The notes under the pieces were generated by a model. It searched no databases and was not told where the DNA came from. It saw nothing but the letters and a program-made list of their open reading frames with translations. DNA of 64,000 nucleotides from an uncultured Pseudomonadota bacterium (GTDB lineage Bacteria; Bacillota; Sulfobacillia; JAUYEF01), in NCBI GenBank assembly GCA_964417635.1, contig CAYQIY010000005.1, forward strand, positions 14,070-78,069. Direction: 5' to 3'. Positions 29,128 through 40,138 of the stretch are shown here, in pieces (position 1 is the first letter of the stretch; every line of letters begins with the position of its first letter). Both the position numbers and the translations under genes were made by a program.

Positions 29128-31587
29128 CTATTCGTGTGCGTACTCTCGCATTGAAGAGACGAAACCGGGCACAAGCCGTGGGTCGAACTGAGTGCCTGTG
29201 CATCGCTCGATTTCATCCAGAGCACCGTCGTGCGTCCTCGCGCCGCGGAACGGGCGGGGGCCAGTCATGCTGCAGAACGCATCCACCAGAGAAAACACAC
29301 GGCACTCAGTAGGTATCTCGTCACCTGCAAGACCCAGCGGATAACCGGTGCCGTCCCATCGTTCATGATGCTTGAGGATCAGATCCGCAACTTCAGCCAG
29401 GTCGGTGCAGTGAGACGCAATGCGATGCCCCTTCTCGGGGTGGGTGTGCACAAGCGCTCGCTCTGCGTTTGTGAGCGGACCTTCTTTGAAAAGCACATGG
29501 TCGGGTATAGATATGGTGCCGATATCATGCACATGTGCCAATAAGGATAGTCTGTGTACCTGTGACTCAGTCAGCCCTAGTCTACGACCCACAAAGCATG
29601 CAAGCGCGGAGAGTCTGTGCGTATTTTCAGATGAGTCGTAGTCCTTCTTCGCCATGTTCAATAACAGTGCATCGGCGATTCGTTTGTGCGCCTCGTTCCT
29701 GCGCGCAATCTTGTCTCTGTACATCAGGTCATCTGCGGTCTGCACAGCGCGGGCGATTTCGGATGGGCTTTGTGCCATCGAAAGCCCGATAGACATCACG
29801 AGCGGAATCTCGGGATTCTGCAGATTGTATTCTTCCACCCTATCTCTAAGGTGTTTTGACATTAGCTTGCCTTGTTCTTGATCTGTGCGAGGCATCAACA
29901 CAACAAACTCGTCTCCACCAAACCGCGCGAGGCTATCTTGCGGCCTGACTGCTTGGCGCAGCACATTCGCACATGCGATCAACATCTCATCGCCTTTTTG
30001 GTGACCCAGTGAGTCGTTTATGAACTTGAGAGCATCAAGGTCTACTGAGATGACGCTTACCGGGAATTCGTCGGGGCGTCTCATCGAACGCATCTGGTCT
30101 TCTAAGTATGCGCGGTTGTGCAGCCCGGTCAGCCTGTCTTCAAAACTGAGCTGCCATAGTTTGGCTTCGTGTTGCTTTCGTTGGGTGACCTCAGTGGCGA
30201 TCTCAAGCCTTACCATGCGGCCGTCGACCCATCGAATTGCCCTCGCGTGGCAGTCGAACCAACGCCCAAGCGATGTGTTGTGAAACTCCCAGTGATGCAC
30301 ACCTACTGGTTCGTTGTTGGCATCAAGCAGCTCCGAACTGATGCATGTGCTACACTCAGATGAAGCCTGAGCGTGCACCGATTCCCAGCATTTTTCGCCC
30401 ACCACTTCTCCAACCGAGTCACGTGCGCGCCTGTTTTGAAACAGCACTTCGTTTGTTGCTAGGTCGATCACATAAACGTGTGCATCCATGCTGTCCAGCA
30501 CGCTGAGCAGCATCTGGCGCGAGGCTTGAAGCTCTTGCTCTGAGTTTTTGCGTGCGGTGATGTCGTGCCCGAGAGATAATCTGCCGATGGGCGCGCGGTT
30601 CTTGCCCATAACATCGGATACCGTTACGAAGAAGTGCTTCGTATGGCTACCGGTGTTCACCGCGAGGTCAAAACTGGTCACACCGCCGTCTTGAACTGCC
30701 CTGACCCACTGCGGCCATGCGCTGAGCGCTTGTTCAACTGGTCTACCGAGCACCTTAGGAGTGAGACTTTCGTGGCCTGTGGCTAGCAACGCCACTGCGG
30801 CGGGGTTTGCATCGACGAGTCTGCCTTGCATATCGCACACGAGCACCACGTCTTTGGCGTTTTCAATCACTTGCTCTCGCGCTATCGGCCACACTTCAAG
30901 CAGACGGTAGCGGAATATTCCCCATGCTATCAGCAGGCCGGATGGGATGAACGTTATGACCGTAGATCCGTAGGGCCTAAAAGGGTGAACACCCAGGAAC
31001 AGCGCGACGTTTGCGATAAAAGGCAGCAAGAACGCGAGCAAGAACAATACTGCCTGGCTTCTGTGAAGCTTGTTTGCGCGTCTTACCGAGCGAGCCAGTA
31101 GAAAGCCTGCGGCACCAAGCAGCAGGTACGAATAGACAATGAATACCAAAAACAAGGGGTTTCGCGTTACCTGTGTGAGTGCAAATCCTTCGACCACAAC
31201 CAGGCTGACATCCCTGCGTGCGAGATAATGGAAATCGTTTGTCCATATGAGCAATAGCGCGAACACCGAAGGTAACGCCAGGAACGGTAGGTGGCTCTGT
31301 TGTAGCCTTATGCCTGTCTCATCGAATTCGATTGCAAGCCAGAGCCATACGGGTGGGGAAAGCAGTATTCCTATTTGCTGCACGTTAAGCCAGAAGATTC
31401 TCGATGCGAGTTGCTCGCTGGATATCTCGATCGTGTAGCTGAGAGACCACAGAAGCGCAAAGCCCATGAGCACGCCAAAGCAGCGAGCGCCTCTCACGCC
31501 GGTATGTCGCAGAGCATATAACGCAAGTAGCAGCGTCACTGCGATGGAAAGAAAGAGTAATGCATCGTACACAAACTTTATGTCCAT
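29128..31587 (-). CDS. membrane sensor protein: N-terminal polytopic TM domain, PAS domains, GGDEF diguanylate cyclase and HD-GYP phosphodiesterase domains
   Basis: RFGGDEFVV (GGDEF), HHERWDGTGYP (HD-GYP), ~7 N-terminal TM helices. Confidence 0.8.
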   Translation of the reverse strand: MDIKFVYDALLFLSIAVTLLLALYALRHTGVRGARCFGVLMGFALLWSLSYTIEISSEQLASRIFWLNVQQIGILLSPPVWLWLAIEFDETGIRLQQSHLPFLALPSVFALLLIWTNDFHYLARRDVSLVVVEGFALTQVTRNPLFLVFIVYSYLLLGAAGFLLARSVRRANKLHRSQAVLFLLAFLLPFIANVALFLGVHPFRPYGSTVITFIPSGLLIAWGIFRYRLLEVWPIAREQVIENAKDVVLVCDMQGRLVDANPAAVALLATGHESLTPKVLGRPVEQALSAWPQWVRAVQDGGVTSFDLAVNTGSHTKHFFVTVSDVMGKNRAPIGRLSLGHDITARKNSEQELQASRQMLLSVLDSMDAHVYVIDLATNEVLFQNRRARDSVGEVVGEKCWESVHAQASSECSTCISSELLDANNEPVGVHHWEFHNTSLGRWFDCHARAIRWVDGRMVRLEIATEVTQRKQHEAKLWQLSFEDRLTGLHNRAYLEDQMRSMRRPDEFPVSVISVDLDALKFINDSLGHQKGDEMLIACANVLRQAVRPQDSLARFGGDEFVVLMPRTDQEQGKLMSKHLRDRVEEYNLQNPEIPLVMSIGLSMAQSPSEIARAVQTADDLMYRDKIARRNEAHKRIADALLLNMAKKDYDSSENTHRLSALACFVGRRLGLTESQVHRLSLLAHVHDIGTISIPDHVLFKEGPLTNAERALVHTHPEKGHRIASHCTDLAEVADLILKHHERWDGTGYPLGLAGDEIPTECRVFSLVDAFCSMTGPRPFRGARTHDGALDEIERCTGTQFDPRLVPGFVSSMREYAHE

Positions 31588-31626
31588 ACACGCATACGTC
31601 CTATGAGATACTTCTGGAACTACTGT

Positions 31627-32811
31627 TCAACCGTTTTGAGCTCTGAGATGTTCGTGCGCCGCTTTGAGCAACTCGGGCCTGGCTAAAAGGTCTAACGCCA
31701 TGAACGCCAGAATTTTTGCCGCTTTTATGGTCTGTTCAAGCGCATACTCTGTCACTGTCGAGTCAGCCATTTCTCGGGAGTGGCCTCTTGCCTCTGTTAT
31801 CTTGTAGCCTATCTGGATTGTGGGGCATACCCAGGAGACTGCACCTACGTCGCTAGTGCCGCCGCCGGACAAATCTGGTGGCTCAAGCACCTTTTCACCG
31901 AGTCCGGCAAAATGCTTATGCGCCAAGTCTTGAAGCACAGGATAGCTGAGGCACTCTTTGAAAAGCAGCTCGTGATGGCACCATTTGAGCTCTGTAAGGT
32001 TTGCATCAGCGGCAGACTGTGCGCAACGAACGATCCTGGGTATGAGCGTATTCTCTACGAACTGCCAGCTACGAGATCTAACCGTAAAACGCATCTGTGC
32101 GAACTCAGGTATTACGTTTTGAGCTTCGCCCCCGTGCGTTATAATCCCGGCAAGCCTTACATCGTCACGCAACTGGTTGCGAAGGTTTCGTATCATCGTA
32201 TAGGCGTGTACGCATGCGTCGAGCGCGTTGATTCCCTCTTGCGGATTGCCGCCAGCATGCGAGGGCTTTCCGATGAAAGTGAGCTCCACAGGGTGAGAAG
32301 CCCAGGAAGTGCCTCCGACGCCATTTCGCACACCCGGGTGCGCCAGAAACGCAGCGTCTATGTGATCGAATACTCCTCGGTCAGCCATAGCTACCTTGCC
32401 ACCGTATGACTCTTCAGCTGGCGTCCCGATAACCAACCAAGAGACTTCGTGAGATTCTGAAGGAAGAGCTCGCTTAAGCGCAATACCAGCGGCGAGAGAA
32501 GCTGCCGCTATCAGGTTGTGGCCACAGCCGTGGCCTATGCCTGCAAGCGCGTCGTACTCAGCCATGAACGCGAACGCAGGTCTAGACCGGCCGGTTCTCG
32601 CGATGAACGCGGTATCAAGGCCTGCAACTGCGCGCTCAATATCCCAGCCGTCTGTCTCGAGCAGAGATGTGATCTTTCCCATCGCATAGAACTCTTTGAG
32701 TCCTATTTCTGGGTTATTGTACAGGCTGACCGCTATATCGCTGATGAGCGGTTCTAACGAATCAATGTGGCTCGACACTTGAGAGTAGTACGATTCAGCC
32801 TTGCGTTTCAC
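31627..32811 (-). CDS. M20 family peptidase/amidohydrolase (AbgB/hippurate-hydrolase-like)
   Basis: GHGCGHNLIAAASLAAGIAL motif; chosen GTG start at 32811 lies 8 nt after AAGGAGGG; ORF-track start 32904. Confidence 0.8.
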   Translation of the reverse strand: MKRKAESYYSQVSSHIDSLEPLISDIAVSLYNNPEIGLKEFYAMGKITSLLETDGWDIERAVAGLDTAFIARTGRSRPAFAFMAEYDALAGIGHGCGHNLIAAASLAAGIALKRALPSESHEVSWLVIGTPAEESYGGKVAMADRGVFDHIDAAFLAHPGVRNGVGGTSWASHPVELTFIGKPSHAGGNPQEGINALDACVHAYTMIRNLRNQLRDDVRLAGIITHGGEAQNVIPEFAQMRFTVRSRSWQFVENTLIPRIVRCAQSAADANLTELKWCHHELLFKECLSYPVLQDLAHKHFAGLGEKVLEPPDLSGGGTSDVGAVSWVCPTIQIGYKITEARGHSREMADSTVTEYALEQTIKAAKILAFMALDLLARPELLKAAHEHLRAQNG

Positions 32812-33009
32812 TAGAAAGTCCCTCCTTGCGTGGGAGCAAACGACATCAATGCATGATTCGACCAGAATACCGCTGCAACCTTGCAAATGGTTCTGTTTTT
32901 GCAACTTAGCAGTTGTGTTATACGAAGATCGGGCTGCATCATGCCAATGGAAGGTGTATTATGAAATCAGGTAACGGGTATATATGCAAATTGTGCAGGG
33001 GGGCAGGAT

Positions 33010-33348
33010 ATGTATGCTTTTGGTCCCGTGCCATCGAGAAGGCTTGGACGAAGTCTTGGTATGAGCAATGTGCCGGCAAAGCACTGTTCGTATTCGTGCA
33101 TATACTGTCAACTCGGTGGAGGATACAAGACATCCTGTGCGAGGCAAGAGTTTGGCTCGCCAGATGAGATCGTGCGTGAGGTCGAAGCATGTTTGGAACG
33201 AGCACTGCGGTCGGGCGAGCAAATTGACTATCCTACATTCGTGACTGACGGAGAGCCCACTTCTGACGCAAACCTTGGGCGCATGATCAGACGGTTCAAC
33301 GACACGGGTGTAGGCACTGCGGTTATTGCCAACGAGGTCTGCGGTTGA
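33010..33348 (+). pseudogene. radical SAM enzyme N-terminal fragment (COG0731/TYW1-like), truncated
   Basis: FGPVPSRRLGRSLG...CSYSCIYCQLG (CxxxCxxC) and GEPT motif present, but ORF ends after 112 aa; ~830 bp gene-less DNA follows. Confidence 0.55.
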
Positions 33349-34178
33349 GCGGTTCCTCGAAAGCAGTGGTGCGGCGTGGGGGTGCGTGGTGGCGCTGTTA
33401 GAAGATGCAAGACTGATGGACGCAGGATGCACAGGCCGACTATCTGAGAAGTCTCAAGAAGCGAAATCCGGGAGATGTTTTGGTACATCTGCTCTGGAAT
33501 AGGTTGACGTGAGAAGAAAACAAAGATACGACTCAAGTGGTGGGCATTTGCCCATTGCTTGGACGAAGCAGATGGGAAGCATGCCTAGGTCTAGCGGAAC
33601 ACGCCCGGACATCTCAGGACAGATGGCTGCAGGCGGCAGCGGTCATTGCATTACGCTTCTCGACGTTACTGCGACTCCGAGACGAATCGGAGGACATGCT
33701 TCTCATGCCGCTTGGGGAGCGAGACGTTCATCGATTGGGCACGGTGCTGGCGAAGACTTGGACTCCGAAGAGGTTTTGGATGAAGAAGACGGCGTCTTCA
33801 GTGCCGGTAATTCGGGCGCCATTTCGTTGAGAAATACTCTTTCTTGGAGGGCCGCAGTGCCCTCTACTTCGTTGTAGAGGACACATGTTGTCTGCTTACA
33901 ACTCTTAGTGGTGTTTGAGACTTGTGAGTACATGTTGTGGCAGCTCGTTCGAGCGTTCGTCTTTGTGTTTGCCCAGTTCACGGCGAGTAGAGGTTGCACA
34001 GTCTTTGGGTTTGAGAAACGAATATGGCACCAAACCAGTATTGGTGAACTACTTGAAATGAAAGGATAGAGCCCTGTTCAATGAATAAGAAGGCAATGCA
34101 TAGCAGCAGATAGAAAAGTCTTCTGAGATGGCGCAACACCAAAACATCTAGATTTCGGATCTCGGGAGGCGGGAACAG

Positions 34179-35147
34179 TTGCAGAACCCAAAGTACAAGG
34201 TGTTTGTCTTAGAACCGATACACAAACGTGCTCTAGCAGTGCTTGAACAACGGGCCGAAGTGGTGTTTGCAGAACGACATGATGATGAATACCTAAAGTG
34301 TGTGGCCAAGGATGTTGACGCGATCGTCAAGCGAGACAGAGGGCTCATAACACGCGAGCTAATGGCCGCTTCACCAAGGCTCAAGGTTGTCGGAAGGCAT
34401 GGAGTTGGCGTTGACTGTATAGATGTTAAGGCTGCTGAGGAACTGGGCATCTACGTCGTTAACACTCCTTACGCAAATGTAGAGGCTGTTGCAGAGCACA
34501 CACTTGGAATGATGCTGATGCTTTCGAAGAAGATGCTCGATTCAGACAAGAAAACGCGCGCCGGCGACTGGCACGTGCGTTACCGGAACATAGGCCAAGA
34601 ACTAAAGGGCAGGTCCATCGGGCTTGTCGGATTTGGCAAGATAGCCAAGAGAGTAGCTGAACTGTGCAAAGCGTTTGAGATGCAGGTTTACTACTACGAC
34701 GTTGTCGATCAGACAGAAGCCGCGAACAGACTGGGAGCCAAGAGGCTCGACCTCGACGAACTGCTTTCCAAATGCGATTATGTGAGCCTTCACGTGCCGC
34801 ACACGCCTGCGACCACGCACATGATAGCACAGCGCGAGTTCAGCCTTATGCGCAAAGACGCTTACTTTCTGAATCTCGCGCGTGGGCAGTGCGTTGATGA
34901 GGCAGCCATGATCAACGCTCTCAAGAACGCCGAAATTGCAGGCGCCGGACTTGATGTTTTTGAGGTAGAGCCGTTGACCGAAGACAACGAGTTGCTCAAC
35001 ATGGACAACGTCATAGTGCACCCGCACATGGCCGCTCATACGGACGAAGCGCTGTTTTCGATGGGGATGGTCGTGGCCGACGTCATAAGAGTGCTAGACG
35101 GACTGAATCCGGAGAACCCGGTTAACGCACCTGCTGTGCTCCGGTAG
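34179..35147 (+). CDS. D-isomer-specific 2-hydroxyacid dehydrogenase (phosphoglycerate dehydrogenase/hydroxypyruvate reductase-like)
   Basis: [16 protein letters not shown]-binding motif, catalytic R..E..H pattern. Confidence 0.85.
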   Translation: MQNPKYKVFVLEPIHKRALAVLEQRAEVVFAERHDDEYLKCVAKDVDAIVKRDRGLITRELMAASPRLKVVGRHGVGVDCIDVKAAEELGIYVVNTPYANVEAVAEHTLGMMLMLSKKMLDSDKKTRAGDWHVRYRNIGQELKGRSIGLVGFGKIAKRVAELCKAFEMQVYYYDVVDQTEAANRLGAKRLDLDELLSKCDYVSLHVPHTPATTHMIAQREFSLMRKDAYFLNLARGQCVDEAAMINALKNAEIAGAGLDVFEVEPLTEDNELLNMDNVIVHPHMAAHTDEALFSMGMVVADVIRVLDGLNPENPVNAPAVLR

Positions 35148-35197
35148 TCAGGCATAACAGACTGTTCGCTGGAGCATGCTGCTCGATGGGAGGAGTG

Positions 35198-36184
35198 ATG
35201 GCCGAGGTGGAATCTCATGCTACTTTTGGCGGTGGATGCTTTTGGTGCATGGTGCAGCCATTCAGCAGATTGAAGGGAGTCAAAGAAGTGGTGTGTGGCT
35301 ATTCTGGCGGACACACCGAAAACCCAACGTATGAAGAGGTATGCTCTCAGCGTACAGGTCACTACGAAGTGGTAAGGCTGACGTACGACCCGTCACAGGT
35401 GTCTTATTCGGAGCTGCTCGACGTGTTCTGGGAGCAAATAGACCCCGAAGACGAAGCAGGGCAGTTCCAGGACAGAGGCGCGCAGTATAAGAGCGTCATA
35501 TTCTACCACGATGAACAGCAGAAAAAGATTGCGGAGCGCTCCAAGACTGAGATTGAGCGCTCGGGCGGGTTCGGACGGGTAGCCACACAGATTCTGCCTG
35601 CGGCACAGTTTTATCCGGCAGAAGAGTACCACCAGAATTACCACCTTAAGAACCCGGTTCACTACAGAATGTACAGCGCGCACAGGTCTTCGCATCTGGC
35701 GGACATAAGACGCAGACGCACATCGCAGAAGCCGTCCACAGATGACCTGCGCAAAAGACTTACTCCTTTGCAATACACTGTCACTCAGCAGAACGACACT
35801 GAACCTGCGTTTGCCAATGAATACTGGGACAATGACAGACAGGGTATATACGTGGATGTGGTATCAGGAGATCCGCTGTTCAGTTCGCTTGACAAGTTCG
35901 ACAGTGGCTGCGGGTGGCCGAGTTTCCGAAAACCTCTGAGCCAATCTTGCGTCACTGAGAGAGAAGACACAAGCTGCGGCATGATACGCACCGAAGTACG
36001 GAGCACGAGTGCCGACTCTCACTTAGGGCACGTGTTTTGTGATGGACCACTTCCTCTAAGGCTGAGGTACTGCATCAACTCGGCCGCTCTTAGGTTTATC
36101 CCGGTTGAACAGATTGAGGCGGAAGGTTACGGAGAATACCTGGAATTATTCGATCAAAGTCAGAAGCACAAGAAGGGCCGGTGA
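35198..36184 (+). CDS. msrAB: bifunctional peptide methionine sulfoxide reductase MsrA/MsrB fusion
   Basis: GGGCFWC MsrA active site; C-terminal CGWPSF...HLGHVF...RYCINSAAL MsrB motifs; start ATG 35198 after GGGAGGAG. Confidence 0.85.
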   Translation: MAEVESHATFGGGCFWCMVQPFSRLKGVKEVVCGYSGGHTENPTYEEVCSQRTGHYEVVRLTYDPSQVSYSELLDVFWEQIDPEDEAGQFQDRGAQYKSVIFYHDEQQKKIAERSKTEIERSGGFGRVATQILPAAQFYPAEEYHQNYHLKNPVHYRMYSAHRSSHLADIRRRRTSQKPSTDDLRKRLTPLQYTVTQQNDTEPAFANEYWDNDRQGIYVDVVSGDPLFSSLDKFDSGCGWPSFRKPLSQSCVTEREDTSCGMIRTEVRSTSADSHLGHVFCDGPLPLRLRYCINSAALRFIPVEQIEAEGYGEYLELFDQSQKHKKGR

Positions 36185-36195
36185 GGCCCTTCTTG
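36169..36195. terminator. bidirectional terminator hairpin between convergent msrAB and permease genes
   Basis: Perfect 11-bp stem CAAGAAGGGCC-ggtga-GGCCCTTCTTG; msrAB stop codon lies in the loop. Confidence 0.55.
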
Positions 36196-36205
36196 GTCAG
36201 TGGTA

Positions 36206-37492
36206 TTACATCACGAAGTGGATAAGTGAGATCAGCGCAAGCACGTACACGAACCAGTGCACTTCGCGTGACCTGCCTGCAGCGAGTTTCACTATGGGGT
36301 AGGCAAGGAAGCCTGCCGCAATTCCGTCGGCTATTGAAAATGCAAACGGCATGACCGCGATCGCCAAGAACGCAGGCAAAGCCTCTGTGAAGTCTTCAAA
36401 GTTGATACCCGATACAGCGCCCATCATCAGCACACCTACTATTACCAAAGCGGGCGCGGTAGCCGCACCGGGCACCAGAAGCGCAAGTGGCGTGAAGAAC
36501 AGTGCCAGCAAGAATAGCACACCGGTGGTGATAGAAGTAAGGCCCGTGCGGCCACCCTCAGAGATGCCCGCGGTGGACTCGACGTACGTGGTAACGGTGC
36601 TTGTACCAAGCAGCGCGCCAAACATGGTACCGAAAGCGTCTACTATCATGGCATTCTTCACCTTCGGCAGCCTGCCTTGTTTGTCCAAAAAGCCTGCGCG
36701 TGCGCCGGTGCCCATCAGAGTTCCCATCGTGTCAAACAGGTCGACGAACACAAGCGCGAATATGACCATGAAGCCGAGGCTGAAAGCAGCGCTCAAGTCG
36801 AGCTTGAAGGCGATCGGAGCCAGGCTTGCAGGTGACCCCATAAGGTCACCAAGACCTGCAGGTACCCGGGTGACTCCGGTGAACATGCCTATCAGTGTCG
36901 TAAGAATAATACCGATGAGCATTGCGCCCCTGACCTTCAGAGCCATGAGCACCGCTATGATTCCGAGGCCTATTGCAGCAAGTGCTGGCTCAGGCGAGGT
37001 CAGATCTCCTAGGGCCACGAGCGTGGCATCGCTGCCCACCACTATACCTGCGTTCTTAAGACCGATTAGCGCAATGAAAAGACCTATACCTGCTGCCACT
37101 GCACGTTTCAGGCTGGTAGGCACAGCTTTGTCTATCTCCTCGATAATCCCAAACACGGCGAGCAAGAAAAACACCACACCGGATATGAGCACTGCGCCCA
37201 GCGCGGCTTCCCAACCGTGTTGTGGAGCGACTACGAAGGCGAAGAAAGCGTTAAGACCCATACCTGAAGCGAGTGCGAAAGGATAGTTCGTGACGAACCC
37301 CATCAATATGGTCGTGAGACCGGCCGCAAGAATGGTTGCCGTAACCAACGCAGGCTTGTCCATACCCGTGGCGCTGAGGATATCTGGGTTAACGAAGATG
37401 ATGTAAGCCATTGTCATGAAGGTGGTAACACCGGCCACGATTTCAGTTCTGACGTCGGTGTTGTGTTCTTTGAGTCTGAAGCGGTTTAGCAA
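36206..37492 (-). CDS. NCS2 family nucleobase permease (AzgA/PbuG-like purine transporter)
   Basis: 12-TM profile, xanthine/uracil permease family motifs; TTG start after AAGGGGAGG. Confidence 0.8.
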   Translation of the reverse strand: MLNRFRLKEHNTDVRTEIVAGVTTFMTMAYIIFVNPDILSATGMDKPALVTATILAAGLTTILMGFVTNYPFALASGMGLNAFFAFVVAPQHGWEAALGAVLISGVVFFLLAVFGIIEEIDKAVPTSLKRAVAAGIGLFIALIGLKNAGIVVGSDATLVALGDLTSPEPALAAIGLGIIAVLMALKVRGAMLIGIILTTLIGMFTGVTRVPAGLGDLMGSPASLAPIAFKLDLSAAFSLGFMVIFALVFVDLFDTMGTLMGTGARAGFLDKQGRLPKVKNAMIVDAFGTMFGALLGTSTVTTYVESTAGISEGGRTGLTSITTGVLFLLALFFTPLALLVPGAATAPALVIVGVLMMGAVSGINFEDFTEALPAFLAIAVMPFAFSIADGIAAGFLAYPIVKLAAGRSREVHWFVYVLALISLIHFVM

Positions 37493-37640
37493 GACCTGTT
37501 ACCTCCCCTTGTATGCATTGACTGCAACGCGGAACCAGACTGCCTTTTGGTCTGATCACCTCCCAAAGACCGGGTGAAACCCAAAAAGCCCTGTCGAGCA
37601 GGTAACAGAAACCCGCCCGTCTGGGCTTTTATCCCTCCGG
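37493..37640 (-). promoter_or_regulatory. structured 5' leader of the NCS2 permease gene with terminator-like hairpin plus U-run
   Basis: Minus-strand RNA contains AAAGCCCAGACGGGCGGG...CUCGACAGGGCUUUUUGGGUUU upstream of the RBS; no match to purine-riboswitch consensus. Confidence 0.25.
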
Positions 37641-38631
37641 CAAAGTGTCAAATAGAACCATCCGCGTCAGCTGGACAGAGTGTATCATGCGTACTGTGCA
37701 CACTTTCGTGTTGTAGTCAGATAATTTGTGATTAATGCTATATTAATTTTAGACTAGCCGATTGATTAGACACTGTCAATACCAATACGGGCGTACGCTG
37801 ACAAGTGTGCTAGTAGGAATGGAGAAGCGCTAGCAGGAATTCCATGGTTGACTCAAACCATGACCTGATTAAGGGGGAAAACCTGCTACCATAAATAAGC
37901 TTATCTCGGCGGCTCTTGGTTTGCAAGACTTTGTGGTGTATGGATTTGAGCAATCTGGAAGTGTATGTGAGACGCATCATTTTGGCACTCCTGCCTGCCG
38001 TTTCCTTGATCCCTCAACACACTTATTGACGTTCAGCCTACCAATACGCCCATCTATCTGCTCCAACACATCCTGCATTACTTCACGGAATGACTGCTGC
38101 AATTGCTTGAAAACACTTGCCTCCAACCTGTTCGAAGGATATTTGGCTGAAATCCAGAATCTGGTTCATTGAGGGAAGTCTCGCGTTTTTTCTTCCTTTC
38201 GACAGAACCTCTATGGGATTCATGGCTTCTCACCCTGCTTTTTCCACCCACTTAAGCCACACTAGATTTGCCCATACCGGGTGTGGGTGTCTGTTAGACC
38301 GATTAAGCAGCGTATGGTAGTATGCTGTGAGACGCGTGAGCCAGGGGAAGACGGACCAATAAAGGCCATAATAGTGGGACACCGTTTCTGCCTGCACCGA
38401 CTGATGCATCGTAGGCTTCAACAGTCTCGGTTGCGATTAGCGTCTTCTGCTCTGTCGTGGACTATCGGCGTGTCACCTTCGGCACTCTGCCCCTCTGTCA
38501 TCTCTCCTCCAACTTGAGAACATATTGTCCATAATCCGTTAGGCACCAACAGACAAAGCATCGGATCTACTCCCCAATGGCAGGTGCAGGGCTTGCTCTG
38601 CTCATGGGAAAAACCAGCGTGGACGGCAAAG

Positions 38632-38660
38632 AGCCCCTCGCAAACCTGCCACGAGGGGCT
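38632..38660 (-). terminator. intrinsic terminator of minus-strand hydrolase operon
   Basis: 9-bp stem AGCCCCTCG/CGAGGGGCT with 11-nt loop, 20 nt after M20 stop; followed on minus strand by UCUUUG. Confidence 0.45.
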
Positions 38661-38680
38661 TGAACTGTTGACATATGCGT

Positions 38681-40120
38681 CTACTCAGAGCACTTTGTAG
38701 CGACCTCTGCAAGGTAATCGGCGAAGAACTGCGCAGCCAGTGGTACGCCTGCGACCTTGTCATTGCCGTGGAGTACCATGAACTCATCAGAACCGTCGCT
38801 TCCTGTGGCGCCGATACCGACTCCGCCGAGTGCGGGCACCCCGAGCTCCGAACAGAATACACCGAGTGGGGCACCTGAGCCTCGCATAGGCCATACGGTG
38901 ACCGAGTACCCGTACCTCTCATATGTGGCCCTGGCTGCATCGACAATCGCATCCTCAAGCGATGCGAGCGCCCAGTCATGAGTACCCATATCGCGGATCT
39001 GGATGTCCGAGTACCCTGCTTTGTCCAAATGCTCCCTTAGACCAGCCATCAGATTCGCGCCACGTTGGTTTGGGGAAAATCGCATATCTAAGCGGGCGAC
39101 TGCTCTTCCAGGCAGAGTGAACAGAGGAGAGTCTTCGTGGATGTAGCCAGCGCGGATCCCGTTGATGTTGAGAGTTGGGTAGTAGAGTGCGCGCACGAAT
39201 AACTCCTCGCCTTCGAGGTCGTCCGCTAGGACTTCCACTCGTCCTCTGCCCGCTACGCCTGGCACCACCTGTCTCCAGTCCTTGCCTCTGTTCGATTCCG
39301 CAATTTGCCTTAGCAGCTCGAGTTGTCTGCCTTGTGGCCGTGTGATGTCGTCATAGAAGCCCGGGATTACCACTTCCAAGCCAGCTGAACCGGGTTTTGT
39401 CAGTGTTGACAGCGCTTCTACCAGCCTCCACACCGGGCTATGAACTACTCCCTGGGCGGAGCTGTGAACGCTCTTGGTTACGGGGCCTTTGCCCGAATGA
39501 GCACCATCCGAAATGAGCTCGAAATACGCGCAACCCTTGGAGCCCAGTGAAATGCTGACAGAACCATGGCTAGACTGGACTGCTGCGGGAGATATGGCTC
39601 CAATACAGTCCTCTAGCCTGTTACTGCGCTCGTGCACCAGATGATGGTAATTCGTGCTTCCTACGAACTCTTCGCCGTCAAGGATAAGTGCTATGTTGAC
39701 TGGTATATCGTGGCCAAGCTGTTTCATGGCCCACAGCGCCCACAGAAACGTCACCAGCGGACCTTTTGTGAAGACGCCTTTTCCAAACATCACGCGCTCA
39801 TACGGCGGAAAAGCCTCTGCAACTGGTTCGAACGGTTCACGCTTCCACACGCTTGTGATCGGAGCATGGTCAAACATGGCGTACACTGCGAGGGTATGGC
39901 GCTTGCGGGCGTCCAAATACCCCCATACTCCGGGAAGTCCGGCAGTGGGCACCACTTCTGCCTCATCAAAGCCGCGTTTGCTCAGCAAGTCTGCAAGCAA
40001 AGCGGCGCACTCGTGCACTCCTCGGGCGCCCTCACTGATAGAGCGCTGAGCCAACACTGCCGCAAGGTCATTCTTGAATTCGCAGAAGCTCTGACTAACG
40101 AAGTCCCTCACATTGGTCAC
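38681..40120 (-). CDS. M20 family dipeptidase (ArgE/DapE/PepV-like)
   Basis: 479-aa M20 peptidase family by overall sequence resemblance (N-terminal catalytic and dimerisation regions; no single signature motif picked out); its RBS overlaps the stop codon of the upstream amidohydrolase gene (translational coupling). Confidence 0.75.
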   Translation of the reverse strand: MTNVRDFVSQSFCEFKNDLAAVLAQRSISEGARGVHECAALLADLLSKRGFDEAEVVPTAGLPGVWGYLDARKRHTLAVYAMFDHAPITSVWKREPFEPVAEAFPPYERVMFGKGVFTKGPLVTFLWALWAMKQLGHDIPVNIALILDGEEFVGSTNYHHLVHERSNRLEDCIGAISPAAVQSSHGSVSISLGSKGCAYFELISDGAHSGKGPVTKSVHSSAQGVVHSPVWRLVEALSTLTKPGSAGLEVVIPGFYDDITRPQGRQLELLRQIAESNRGKDWRQVVPGVAGRGRVEVLADDLEGEELFVRALYYPTLNINGIRAGYIHEDSPLFTLPGRAVARLDMRFSPNQRGANLMAGLREHLDKAGYSDIQIRDMGTHDWALASLEDAIVDAARATYERYGYSVTVWPMRGSGAPLGVFCSELGVPALGGVGIGATGSDGSDEFMVLHGNDKVAGVPLAAQFFADYLAEVATKCSE

Positions 40121-40138
40121 GTTTGGTTCACTCCTCTG

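Noticed and set aside
37493-37700. Purine (guanine/adenine) riboswitch upstream of the NCS2 purine permease
   Set aside because: I looked for the UAUA...GGAUAUGGC...GUUUCUACC...CCGUAAAU core on the minus-strand leader and could not find it; only a generic hairpin plus U-run is present.
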